The notes below the pieces were generated by a model. It searched no databases. It saw only the letters and a list, made by a program, of their open reading frames with translations, and was not told the origin of the DNA. The position numbers and the translations under genes are program-made. From the NCBI GenBank assembly GCA_964611355.1, contig CAZSYD010000005.1:2788-66787 (forward strand): a DNA stretch of 64,000 nt. The letters are read 5' to 3'. Numbering within the stretch: position 1 is the first letter of the stretch; every line of letters begins with the position of its first letter. Source of the DNA: an uncultured Ignavibacteriales bacterium (GTDB lineage: Bacteria; Zixibacteria; MSB-5A5; GN15; JAAZOE01). Below, piece by piece: positions 10,291 to 19,297 of this stretch.

Positions 10291-11619
10291 ATGGGAAAAA
10301 AGAAAAACAAGAAAAAATGGTTGATTATAGCGGGTGTCGTTATCGTTGTCGTCATCCTGGTGGTGGCGAATCTGACGCAGTCGAAACGGGGAACAGTAAC
10401 GGTTCAGACCAAGAAGGTTATCGTCACTGATATTACATCAATTGTTTCAGGGTCCGGCAAGGTGCAGCCTAAAACCAAAGTAAACGTGACTGCCGAGGCC
10501 ACCGCCGAGATAATCAGCATACCGGCTAACGAGGGTGATTTTGTCAGAAAAGGACAGATCTTGATTCAACTCGATACCGTTCAGTTGAAGAGAGACGTGG
10601 AATCTTATCTATATACCGCCAACGAGATGGAGGCTCACCTTGAAGGAGCAGGAGTGCTTCTGAATCAGAGCAGGGATGAATTTGAAAGGCAGAAGGAACT
10701 CTATGCCAAGAAGCTGACATCGGAGCAGGCTTTTAAAAATGCCGACTATGCTTATCGAAGTCAGAAGGCAAGTTACGACGCGATGAAACAGCAGAAGAAG
10801 GCGTCTTTTGCGCGGCTTGAAAAGGTGCGCGACCTCCTGAATAAAACGACTATTAGGGCTCCGATGGACGGTATTATTACCTGGGTGGATGCTGAGGTCG
10901 GCGAAATTGCGCAGGCCCAGACGCCTTACTCCCCCGGAAAGCCGCTGATGATCGTCTCCGATCTGTCGGAGTTTGAAGTCGAGGTGGAAATTGACGAGAC
11001 CGACATCGCCTATCTCGAGGTAGGGCAGAAATCACAGGTTGAAATAGACGCCTTTCCCGATACGTTGTTTTCCGGCGAAGTCATGGAAATCGGCAATACG
11101 GCGACTATATCCGGCATGGGCTCCAGCGATCAGGCTATCAATTTCAAGGTAAAAGTATCTCTTCTTGATGTTCACGAAAAAATCCGCCCGGGAATGTCGG
11201 CGACGGTTGATATCACAACCGATGAACGTACCAATGTCCTGGCGATACCGATTCAGGCCCTGGTGATTCGCGAATTCGACCCTGATTCACTGGAAGCCGG
11301 CGAGGATCGGGAAATCGAAGAGGAAGGCAATGCCGCGCTGGCCTCGACCATGCCGGAGGCGGAAAACGACTCGGTTACCGGCAACTCCGGCGAGAAAAAG
11401 AAAATTGAGAAAAAGGGAGTGTTTGTTAATCGCGACGGCGCTGCGAAGTTTGTTGAAGTACAAACCGGAATCTCCGATCAGACTAATTACGAAATCGTAG
11501 AGGGGCTTGAAAAGGGCGACGAGGTAATAATCGGCAGTTTCAGGATTCTGCGGACCTTGAAAAACGGGGATTTAATAGATGTTGACAATACAATGCTGAA
11601 AAGGAAAAATGAGGAATGA
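10291..11619 (+). CDS. Periplasmic adaptor (HlyD/MacA-type membrane fusion protein)
   Basis: 442 aa with an N-terminal TM anchor, a long coiled-coil segment and a [14 protein letters not shown] lipoyl/beta-barrel motif. Its stop overlaps the next gene's start by 4 nt. Confidence 0.85.
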   Translation: MGKKKNKKKWLIIAGVVIVVVILVVANLTQSKRGTVTVQTKKVIVTDITSIVSGSGKVQPKTKVNVTAEATAEIISIPANEGDFVRKGQILIQLDTVQLKRDVESYLYTANEMEAHLEGAGVLLNQSRDEFERQKELYAKKLTSEQAFKNADYAYRSQKASYDAMKQQKKASFARLEKVRDLLNKTTIRAPMDGIITWVDAEVGEIAQAQTPYSPGKPLMIVSDLSEFEVEVEIDETDIAYLEVGQKSQVEIDAFPDTLFSGEVMEIGNTATISGMGSSDQAINFKVKVSLLDVHEKIRPGMSATVDITTDERTNVLAIPIQALVIREFDPDSLEAGEDREIEEEGNAALASTMPEAENDSVTGNSGEKKKIEKKGVFVNRDGAAKFVEVQTGISDQTNYEIVEGLEKGDEVIIGSFRILRTLKNGDLIDVDNTMLKRKNEE

Positions 11620-12305
11620 GCCTGATTGAAGTAGAAGACCTTTGGAAAACATATGAGATGGGCCAGGAACAGGTCCATGCGCTGCGCGGAGTAACCTTGT
11701 CTATCGTAAAAGGGGAGTATATGGCTATTATGGGGCCTTCCGGTTCCGGAAAATCGACCCTGATGAATCTTATCGGATGTCTGGACACGCCGACCAAGGG
11801 AAGGTACCTGCTTAATTCAAGTCCGGTGGCCGATCTCAATGACGATGAACTGGCCAGAATACGCAACAAGGAAATAGGTTTTGTTTTTCAGACGTTTAAT
11901 CTTTTGCCTCGCGCTACTGCCCTGCATAACGTGGAATTGCCGTTGATATATAACGGGACATCCGGCGAAGAGCGAAAGGAGAAGGCCATTCAGGCGATGG
12001 AGACCGTCGGCCTGGCCGACAGAATGACGCACAGGCCGAATGAACTATCCGGCGGTCAGAGACAACGGGTCGCTATTGCTCGGGCGCTGGTTAATGACCC
12101 TTCGATTATTCTGGCCGACGAGCCGACCGGGAACCTGGATAGTACAACCGGCGCCGAGATTATGGATTTGATGGCGGACCTCCATAGCCGCGGAAATACC
12201 CTGATTGTAGTTACCCATGAATCCAGCGTGGCCCGACACGCCGACCGGATAATATATCTTTATGATGGCCGGATTGATAAAGAAGAAAAGAAGCCGTTCA
12301 GTTAA
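11616..12305 (+). CDS. ABC transporter ATP-binding protein (MacB/LolD family)
   Basis: 229 aa with Walker [10 protein letters not shown], signature [15 protein letters not shown] and Walker [12 protein letters not shown]. Confidence 0.92.
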   Translation: MSLIEVEDLWKTYEMGQEQVHALRGVTLSIVKGEYMAIMGPSGSGKSTLMNLIGCLDTPTKGRYLLNSSPVADLNDDELARIRNKEIGFVFQTFNLLPRATALHNVELPLIYNGTSGEERKEKAIQAMETVGLADRMTHRPNELSGGQRQRVAIARALVNDPSIILADEPTGNLDSTTGAEIMDLMADLHSRGNTLIVVTHESSVARHADRIIYLYDGRIDKEEKKPFS

Positions 12306-12322
12306 GAAGAAAATACTTAAAC

Positions 12323-13543
12323 ATGTCGATTTTTGAATCGGTAAAAATTGCCCTGGCGGCTATTTGGGCCAATCGGTTGCGCTCTGTTCTGACTCTCCTG
12401 GGCGTTATCATCGGGGTGATGTCGGTGATAACCATTATATCGGCCATCGAGGGGCTTATGGGCAGTATCGAGGATTCGGTCAGCGCCCTAGGCCCGGCGA
12501 CTTTTATCGTCACCAAATTCGGTATAATTACATCCGATGAGGATTTTTTCAAGGCACTGAAAAGAAAGAATTTTACCGTTGAGGATATGCGGGCGGTAGA
12601 AAAGGCATGCCCCGGCTGTGAAAAGGTTGGCGGCCGGGATTTTAATCGAGCTTCGATCAAGCGCGGCAATAAGGGTCTTCGGCGGGTTTCAATTGCCGGC
12701 ACTACCGCTAATCTTTTAGATATAGTCGATATTCAATTAGCCGAGGGACGTTTTTTTACCGAGACGGAATATAATCACAAAAATCAGGTTGCCTTTGTGG
12801 GGCCGGTCATTGTTGAGGAGCTCTTCGAAGGCGTTGATCCACTGGGCAAAACGATAAAGATAAAGGGGAAAAGATTCACTGTTATAGGCATAGCAAAAAA
12901 GAGGGGATCGTTTTTAGGCAACAATCAGGATAATTTCGTCATGATTCCTCTGTCGGCTCATATTAAGATGTTTGGCAGGACACGGCGGAATTTTAATCTG
13001 ATGATAAAGTCGGCCACGATTGAAGGCATCGAGGATACGAAAGACCAGGTGCGTGCTATCCTTCGCGCCAGGCGGGGCGTCCCGTACAAAGAGGACGACG
13101 ATTTTTCCATCCTGACGGCCGATAATATTTTGAGTTTTATCGATACTATCACTCGAGGTATAAGGATCGCTTTAATCGGCATTTCATCTATCGCCCTGGT
13201 GGTCGGCGGCATTGTAATTATGAATATCATGATGGTGTCGGTAACGGAACGAACAAGGGAAATCGGTATTCGCAAATCAATAGGCGCCCGACGCAAGAAT
13301 ATTATGGTCCAGTTTCTCTTCGAGGCCCTTATTCTATCGGTAGGCGGAGGAATTATCGGAACTGCTCTCGGAATCGGCACGGCAATCGTTCTCGGTAGCC
13401 AGATTTCCCTGCCGGTAACGCCGTCTTTGTTTGCCATCATTTCAGGGATGTCAATATCCACCGGTGTGGGAGTCTTTTTCGGGCTGTACCCGGCCGTGAA
13501 AGCCTCCCGGCTGGATCCGATCGACGCTCTGCGGTTTGAATAA
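12323..13543 (+). CDS. ABC transporter permease, MacB periplasmic-domain / FtsX type
   Basis: 406 aa: N-terminal TM, large periplasmic domain, C-terminal FtsX-like 3-TM bundle (VTERTREIGIRKSIGAR). Confidence 0.88.
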   Translation: MSIFESVKIALAAIWANRLRSVLTLLGVIIGVMSVITIISAIEGLMGSIEDSVSALGPATFIVTKFGIITSDEDFFKALKRKNFTVEDMRAVEKACPGCEKVGGRDFNRASIKRGNKGLRRVSIAGTTANLLDIVDIQLAEGRFFTETEYNHKNQVAFVGPVIVEELFEGVDPLGKTIKIKGKRFTVIGIAKKRGSFLGNNQDNFVMIPLSAHIKMFGRTRRNFNLMIKSATIEGIEDTKDQVRAILRARRGVPYKEDDDFSILTADNILSFIDTITRGIRIALIGISSIALVVGGIVIMNIMMVSVTERTREIGIRKSIGARRKNIMVQFLFEALILSVGGGIIGTALGIGTAIVLGSQISLPVTPSLFAIISGMSISTGVGVFFGLYPAVKASRLDPIDALRFE

Positions 13544-13560
13544 AAAACGGTATTCGGAAG

Positions 13561-14805
13561 ATGATAAGCACAACTGAAATAAAAGACGGCATCTTCTTAG
13601 CGCTGGCCTCAATCAGAGAAAACAAGTTACGCGCCGGTTTGACTATTCTGGGAGTGCTGATTGGCGTTGCGGCCGTAATCGGGATGGCGTCTATAATTGC
13701 CGGTCTGGACAAAATGGTTATGAACGAGATCGAAAATCTTGGCTCGAATGTGCTGTACGTAACCAAATTCCCACCGGACGTCGATTACGATAAGCTGACC
13801 GAGGATGAGCGGAACCGCAAACCGATTGATTACGAGGCTGCTCAGGCGATCCGGGAACTCTGCCCGTCGGTCAACGCCGTATCGCCCCAAAACTATTATT
13901 CCGCCCTGGGCGGCAACGTCGTCAAATACAAAAACAACCAGGCTAATCGCCCCAACCTTTTCGGGACGTTGCCGGATTTTATTAAGGTCAACAATCGCTT
14001 TGTTGAAAAAGGACGATTTATCAATGATCTGGATATGCAGCGGCGAGCTATGGTATGCGTTATCGGCAATGATGTAGTCAAGGCTCTTTTCCCGAATGAG
14101 GACGCGTTAGGTAAAAACATCCGAGTTAATTCGCGGTTGTTCAGGGTAATTGGAGTCATGGAGGAAAAACCTCCCTTTTTAGGCGAATCCGATAACAATT
14201 TTATCATTCTTCCGTATTCGACCTTCGCCAAGATTCATCCGTGGGAAAAGGAATTATTCCTGCAGGTTAGCGCCGTCAACTACTCGCAAATATCCCAGGC
14301 AATCGAGGAAATCACCGCCGTTTTGCGAAACCTGCGAGGCGTCCCGTACGATAAACCGAACGACTTCGCCGTATGGACGCAGGAAAACCTGAAGGAGATG
14401 GTCGGCGATATTACGCAGTATATTTATATCGCCATGATCGTCATTTCTTCGGTGGGACTGATGGTCGGTGGAGTGGGCGTCATGAATATTATGCTGGTTT
14501 CGGTCACTGAAAGAACACGCGAAATCGGCATCCGTAAGGCCATCGGGGCTAGGAAAGTAAACATCCTGATTCAATTCCTGACCGAAGCCATGACCCTCTC
14601 CGGTTCGGGAGGAGTGATGGGAATAATTGCCGGAATTCTGCTTGCCGTTCTGGTTAAGTTAATCTTTTCAATGCCTTTCACCGTCTCTATCATATGGATG
14701 ATTATTGGATTTTCGGTTTCGGTAATGGTCGGTTTGATCGCCGGAATTTACCCTGCCTACAAAGCGGCCCGTGTTGATCCGATAATATCATTAAGATATG
14801 AATAA
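13561..14805 (+). CDS. ABC transporter permease, MacB periplasmic-domain / FtsX type (second copy)
   Basis: 414 aa, paralogous to the previous gene (VTERTREIGIRKAIGAR). Confidence 0.88.
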   Translation: MISTTEIKDGIFLALASIRENKLRAGLTILGVLIGVAAVIGMASIIAGLDKMVMNEIENLGSNVLYVTKFPPDVDYDKLTEDERNRKPIDYEAAQAIRELCPSVNAVSPQNYYSALGGNVVKYKNNQANRPNLFGTLPDFIKVNNRFVEKGRFINDLDMQRRAMVCVIGNDVVKALFPNEDALGKNIRVNSRLFRVIGVMEEKPPFLGESDNNFIILPYSTFAKIHPWEKELFLQVSAVNYSQISQAIEEITAVLRNLRGVPYDKPNDFAVWTQENLKEMVGDITQYIYIAMIVISSVGLMVGGVGVMNIMLVSVTERTREIGIRKAIGARKVNILIQFLTEAMTLSGSGGVMGIIAGILLAVLVKLIFSMPFTVSIIWMIIGFSVSVMVGLIAGIYPAYKAARVDPIISLRYE

Positions 14806-14869
14806 TTATCTTGCCTCTGCAGAGAAGGTGAGATAGATTGCAAAAGGTATAAGGAAACGGCGGTGAAAT

Positions 14870-16189
14870 GTGAGCTATTCGTGCAAAGCGGTCCGCATTA
14901 TAACCCTGCTGATGCTTGTGGCATCTTCGGGTACCAAGAGTCAGACCGGGTACCGATCGCCTGATGAGTTTGAAGAAGCTCGTTTTGTCGTTGATGCGGT
15001 TGATTTTCGTTCCAACAAGGAAGGCATCAATACCCTTGAGATATATTACAAGGTATTCTACAATGGCCTGAGTTATCAAAAAATAACCGACGGATACGAA
15101 GCGCGCTACGACGTTTCGATCGTGGTCGAGGGGAAAGACAATATACAATTGGAAGGGATTAGTCGTGCGGCACAAATTAAGGTCGATACGTATGCTGAAA
15201 CGCGACGCGAAGATGATTTTATAATTAACATGCTGGCCGTTCCGGTTGAGGAAGGTCAGGATCTCACAATCAGGGCAATCCTGACCGATAAGCTGTCTCA
15301 AACCTCGCGCGAGGTAGAAAAACGCCTCAATAAGCGTGATTACCGGGGCAAATATCCTGCGCTTTCACGAGTGCAATTTGCCCGCGAAGTTAGCCCGGCC
15401 GAAAGAAAATCGAAATTCAACAAGGGCGACCTCCGCGTAATTCCCAGCGTAACGCGTCTGTTTGGCGGGGATTCCGACAGCATTCTGAATTATTATCACG
15501 AAATATATCCGGGAAGAACAAAAGACAAGTACAGCAAACTTATCTCCCGCATTTATCATCGGGTAAAAGGATTTGTCTATGCCGATACCGTCAGGTACGG
15601 CAAAATCGAAGAGACTCAGTGTGCGGCTTGCAGTATTAACGTGAGCGATTTTATGCCCGGCTATTACGAGCTTGAACTTAGGCTTGAAGGCCGTAGGGGG
15701 AGGTTGTATAGCAAGCTTATCGAAGAATTTGAGTTGGAGTTGACAGCCGAGTCGATGTTCAAAACGGATTATAAAACGGCGGTGGAAATGTTGAAATACA
15801 TGACCACTCGCGGAGAGTATAATACGCTGAAGAACGCCAAAACCGATGAGGAGCGTCGGCGGGCATGGGATGAATTCTGGCGGCTTCGGGATGATGATAC
15901 TCACGATCGTGAAAACCCCGCCAAGCGGGAATATTTCCGGCGGGTCCGGCACTCCAACCGGTACTTCTCGGTTATGCATAAGCAGGGATGGAAAACCGAT
16001 CGTGGGATGATATATATCACTTACGGGGAACCGGATGAAGTTGAGAATTATCCATTCGAGCTGGCCACCAAGCCTTACCAGATATGGCATTATTATAAAT
16101 TAAGCCCGCCCCGCGAATTTTTGTTTGTGGACGAATGGAGTGATGGTGATTATGAACTGAAGCCCCCGTACAACGGCATCGGTTTTTAG
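14870..16189 (+). CDS. GWxTD-domain secreted protein
   Basis: 439 aa with a signal-like N-terminus. The C-terminal domain reads GWKTDRGMIYITYGEPDEV ... YQIWHYY ... FLFVDEWSDGDYEL, matching the GWxTD domain pattern. Confidence 0.8.
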   Translation: MSYSCKAVRIITLLMLVASSGTKSQTGYRSPDEFEEARFVVDAVDFRSNKEGINTLEIYYKVFYNGLSYQKITDGYEARYDVSIVVEGKDNIQLEGISRAAQIKVDTYAETRREDDFIINMLAVPVEEGQDLTIRAILTDKLSQTSREVEKRLNKRDYRGKYPALSRVQFAREVSPAERKSKFNKGDLRVIPSVTRLFGGDSDSILNYYHEIYPGRTKDKYSKLISRIYHRVKGFVYADTVRYGKIEETQCAACSINVSDFMPGYYELELRLEGRRGRLYSKLIEEFELELTAESMFKTDYKTAVEMLKYMTTRGEYNTLKNAKTDEERRRAWDEFWRLRDDDTHDRENPAKREYFRRVRHSNRYFSVMHKQGWKTDRGMIYITYGEPDEVENYPFELATKPYQIWHYYKLSPPREFLFVDEWSDGDYELKPPYNGIGF

Positions 16190-16196
16190 GAAATAT

Positions 16197-17591
16197 ATGA
16201 TAATAAAAAGAGTTTGCCTTGCCATATTAATCCTGACGCTGACAGCGTCAATTCCGGCCCGCTCGTCAGACAGCCTGACTATACAGGCCGGTTATGCCGC
16301 CTTTTATGATCTGTCGCGAAGTTCCGCCTACGTCGAATTTTATTATGGCTTATACCGTCATCAGCTCGGATTTATCGGGTCAGATACGCTCGATTATGTA
16401 TATGCCGGTGTTTTCGCGTCGGTGAAGCTGTTCGACGAATCAGGAATAGCAATTGATTCGGCTTCAACCTATTTCCTGGTACAGGCAAAAGACACTTCGG
16501 AACTGTCGCGGACCGATATCCGTCTTTTTGATTATCTTCCGATAAAGCTGGCTCCGGGGAAGTACCTGGCGGAGTTTGCTGTTATTGATGATGTTTCCAA
16601 AGCGAGCGGGACGACATTGCTGACGGTGACGGTCCCGGATTATCGCGGCGGCCAATTTGCCGGGAGCGATATAGAATTTGCCTATGAGATTCGAGAAGTG
16701 TCCGATATCCCGGCCGAGACGATTAATCAGCGTCTGGTGAAGGAAGAGCGACTGGTCGTCCCCAATCCAACCGGCATATATCAACTGAAAGGTGACAGTG
16801 TAATATTTGTTTACTCTGAATTGTATGGTCTGGATGCAGCCTCCGGAGACAATGACAGCTTTGGGGTAAGGTATTGCGTGAAAGATGCCGCCGGCAATCT
16901 GGTCCACGATTTCGGCCGGGCCGTGTTCCGTAAGCCGGGAAACTCGGCTGTGCTTTCAAATACCCTTGATATCGGCAACCTGGAACCGGGCCGGTACAAT
17001 CTCCTCCTTGAAGCCACTGATCTTGATACCAAACAGCAGACCGTAACGGCCAAGGAATTCTCGATAATTGATCCGAATGCAGTCAAGGCTCCAGATAAAT
17101 CGGATGTGGAGTTGATGATAAACATCGCCTGGTATCGTCTCAGCGAGGCCGAAAAAATCCAGATACGCAAACTTACTTCTGAAGGGCAGGTGAATTTCGT
17201 CAAGCAGTTCTGGCGGGAAATGGATGATGATCCTTCGACCCCGGAAAATCCGGTTTATGATAATACCGTTAGACAATTTGCCTTCGCCAATGACCATTTC
17301 TCAACCTTCTACGGCCGTCAGGATGGCTGGAAGACCGACCGGGGCCGGGTTTATATCACATATGGGCCGTATGATAATGAAACCGAGTTAATCCTGCCGG
17401 GGGGATCATATCCGTTGATTAAATGGGAATACTATAATATCGAAGGCGGTGTTATTTTTATCTTCGCCAGTGATGAAATAGCCGGCACCAGCAATTATCA
17501 GTTGGTTCATTCCACACATTCAGGAGAAATCTATAACCCTTACTGGATGGACAAGTTTGAAAAAGAAGCCCCGGAAGAACAGGGACGATAA
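16197..17591 (+). CDS. GWxTD-domain secreted protein (second copy)
   Basis: 464 aa with signal peptide MIIKRVCLAILILTLTASIPARS. The C-terminus reads GWKTDRGRVYITYGPYD ... IKWEYY. It starts 7 nt after the previous gene. Confidence 0.8.
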   Translation: MIIKRVCLAILILTLTASIPARSSDSLTIQAGYAAFYDLSRSSAYVEFYYGLYRHQLGFIGSDTLDYVYAGVFASVKLFDESGIAIDSASTYFLVQAKDTSELSRTDIRLFDYLPIKLAPGKYLAEFAVIDDVSKASGTTLLTVTVPDYRGGQFAGSDIEFAYEIREVSDIPAETINQRLVKEERLVVPNPTGIYQLKGDSVIFVYSELYGLDAASGDNDSFGVRYCVKDAAGNLVHDFGRAVFRKPGNSAVLSNTLDIGNLEPGRYNLLLEATDLDTKQQTVTAKEFSIIDPNAVKAPDKSDVELMINIAWYRLSEAEKIQIRKLTSEGQVNFVKQFWREMDDDPSTPENPVYDNTVRQFAFANDHFSTFYGRQDGWKTDRGRVYITYGPYDNETELILPGGSYPLIKWEYYNIEGGVIFIFASDEIAGTSNYQLVHSTHSGEIYNPYWMDKFEKEAPEEQGR

Positions 17592-17676
17592 TTGACGTCT
17601 CTAAAAATGAATTAAGAGAGAGGTCGGATGCTCGGCTGGTGTGGCGGCATGGTGATTGACATTTGATTTTATCGTC

Positions 17677-17710
17677 AGCCTGAAATCCGGTTAAATATCC
17701 GGCTTTTTTG
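17677..17710 (+). terminator. Rho-independent terminator candidate (end of the 8180-17591 operon)
   Basis: AGCC..GAAAT / ATATC..GGCT form an imperfect stem, followed by TTTTTT at 17704-17709. Confidence 0.4.
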
Positions 17711-17732
17711 CGTGTATTAGTTTGAGGAGCAC

Positions 17733-18110
17733 TTATTCCTTCGGTTGCCCGCCGCAATAGCCTTCTCCACAGGTCCCTGTGCATTCGAAACCCTGGGGCT
17801 TTATTTTTGTTCCGACCAAAAATCCCCGCTGGTCGGGGCCGTTATCAATAAAGTCAACGACAACACCCCCCAGCGGTTTCAACTGCTCGGCGATGTCAGT
17901 ATGTATATGAATCTGTATGCCGTTCGACTCATAGATACTATAGCTGTCATCCGGTTCATCCACAGCCAGTCCCAGAACGGGGCCGCTGCATCCAAAACCC
18001 GTGAAATTAATAAAAAGTCCTTTTCCTTTGTATTGTTCCATCTGGAGGACTTTATTTATTTCCGAGCCGGCCGAATCGGAAATTTCCACCATCTTTTCTA
18101 TTCTCCCCAA
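17733..18110 (-). CDS. HesB/IscA-like Fe-S cluster biogenesis domain protein with Cys-rich C-terminal tail
   Basis: 125 aa. ISDSAGSEINKVL ... FINFTGFGCSGPVLGLAVDE resembles the IscA/HesB GGGCSG region. The C-terminus CTGTCGEGYCGG differs from the canonical CGCG ending. Confidence 0.6.
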   Translation of the reverse strand: MGRIEKMVEISDSAGSEINKVLQMEQYKGKGLFINFTGFGCSGPVLGLAVDEPDDSYSIYESNGIQIHIHTDIAEQLKPLGGVVVDFIDNGPDQRGFLVGTKIKPQGFECTGTCGEGYCGGQPKE

Positions 18111-18230
18111 TATGCCTGATTGCTGCCTGTAAGGGTTAAATCAGGCGTGATATTCGTGTTTCCCCGGTTTTCAGGCAACTCCTGTTAATTTCTGAGGTAT
18201 TATAATAAATATCAGAAGAAGGTAAAGCCC

Positions 18231-18271
18231 AAAAGTAAAAAACCCGCCAAAGATTGAATACTCGGCGGGTT
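18231..18271 (-). terminator. Rho-independent terminator candidate
   Basis: On the minus strand AACCCGCC / GGCGGGTT form an 8-bp stem (15-nt loop) followed by TTTTACTTTT. It starts 26 nt after the TAA at 18297-18299. Confidence 0.5.
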
Positions 18272-18296
18272 AGTTAAGTTAATCCGGATTCCTGCC

Positions 18297-19061
18297 TTAA
18301 TGTTTGTCGCCCGATTTCCCGGAGGCCTCGTTATTGCCTGAAGGAGATTTCGTATTGGCCGTCTTTACTCGCTGGGAAACCACAAAAGTGAAGCGGGAAT
18401 TGGCGGCATCGTTAAGCTCGAGGGTTATGGATTTCTCGAAACTTTTTTTTACGAAATCATCGGCGGCTTTTATCCTGCATTTGACAATTTTACCCGACTT
18501 AACAGTCTCGGGGACATCAATATCGAAATACCCATACGGCTTATACGCCACTTGTATTTCAAGGTCTTCGTCCGAAACGTTGGCAATCGTGAATTCGCTT
18601 CCGTCTTCCTTAACCGTACCGCCTTCATCAAGAAGTATCCTGGACGGATTGATTACAATCGGGTAGGTGGAATCGGGCTGCTGAACCACATAAGCCTCGA
18701 CCGATACATTCCTTGGCCTACTACCCTCGTTGGTGGTTATCCTCGGCTTACTGGATTTTCTAAGGCCGCGTGTTCCGATTATAAGAATAATTTCAAGCTC
18801 GGTGCTGTCGCCGACAGCAAGCTCCGTTTTCTTGATAGGAGCTTTGGTACAGCCTCACCCGGTCTTTATATTGATAATCTTGAGGGTGTCGTCACCAACC
18901 GATTTTATCCAGAAAACATGGCCTATCTTGCTGCTCTGAGGCACATAACCAAAATCGAACTTTTCCTCAGCGAGATACATCTTTGGCTGCGCCATGACAG
19001 ATGAAAACAGCAGGAAAAGCGCCAGTACTAAAAAAGCGGCCAAAAACCAGATATTGCGCAT
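18297..19061 (-). CDS. Secreted DUF1573-like protein with a single in-frame TGA at codon 69 (proposed selenocysteine; otherwise a nonsense-disrupted gene)
   Basis: Track ORFs 18855..19061 and 18297..18689 are in the same frame. My translation of the gap between them has no other stop. The start reads GGAGGACTAATG and the signal peptide is MRNIWFLAAFLVLALFLLFSSVMA. The domain reads FDFGYVPQSSKIGHVFWIKSVGDDTLKIINIKTG-TGA-GCTKAPIKKTELAVGDSTELEIIL...ITTN. This matches the DUF1573 pattern, with the TGA at the first Cys of SCGCT. Confidence 0.6.
18795..18844 (-). other. Two adjacent mRNA hairpins immediately 3' of the in-frame UGA (SECIS-like candidate)
   Basis: On the mRNA, AAGCUCC (+14..+20 from the U of UGA) pairs perfectly with GGAGCUU (+33..+39) around a 12-nt loop. 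It is directly followed by GCUGUC-GGC-GACAGC (+40..+54). A second GAGCUU at +58..+63 could pair with AAGCUC instead. Confidence 0.35.
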
Positions 19062-19297
19062 TAGTCCTCCGAGTAAAGCAGTCTCTCTTTATCCTGTTTC
19101 TATACTATTCGGCCTGATTGGTTCCCGCTCAAGTCGATCAGGCACAACTATATTAAATTTAACGATTTTCTCTTTCAAGTCAAGTGGAATACTGTATCAA
19201 GCGCTTATCATGACCAGATTTAAGACATTCTCTCAAGGCGGGATTTAATTTCTTGGGATCATTCCGAAACATAGTGTATTAGAATGGCAACCGGACA

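Noticed and set aside
15365-16090. Long antisense ORFs opposite well-supported genes. Examples: 15365..16090 (241 aa), 33964..34743 (259 aa), 31029..31736 (235 aa), 37770..38423 (217 aa), 58410..59078 (222 aa), 59256..59834 (192 aa), 23601..24152 (183 aa), 14702..15301 (199 aa).
   Set aside because: Each lies entirely or almost entirely (14702..15301 only mostly) inside a gene on the other strand that has clear family motifs. Their translations are Arg/Pro/Ser/Gly-rich with no recognisable motifs and no SD. This is typical of mirror-frame ORFs in moderately GC-rich coding DNA.
17624-17662. A tiny ORF, MLGWCGGMVIDI, with an AGAGG SD in the convergent gap after the GWxTD operon.
   Set aside because: It is only 12 codons long and has no supporting conservation information. 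It is indistinguishable from chance.
18855-18857. Genome-wide reassignment of TGA (to Gly or Trp, as in some candidate phyla or mollicutes) as the explanation for the in-frame TGA.
   Set aside because: TGA terminates argS, dinB, aroB, aroE and others at the positions where their homologs end. This single case also sits at a Cys column, which fits Sec rather than Gly or Trp.
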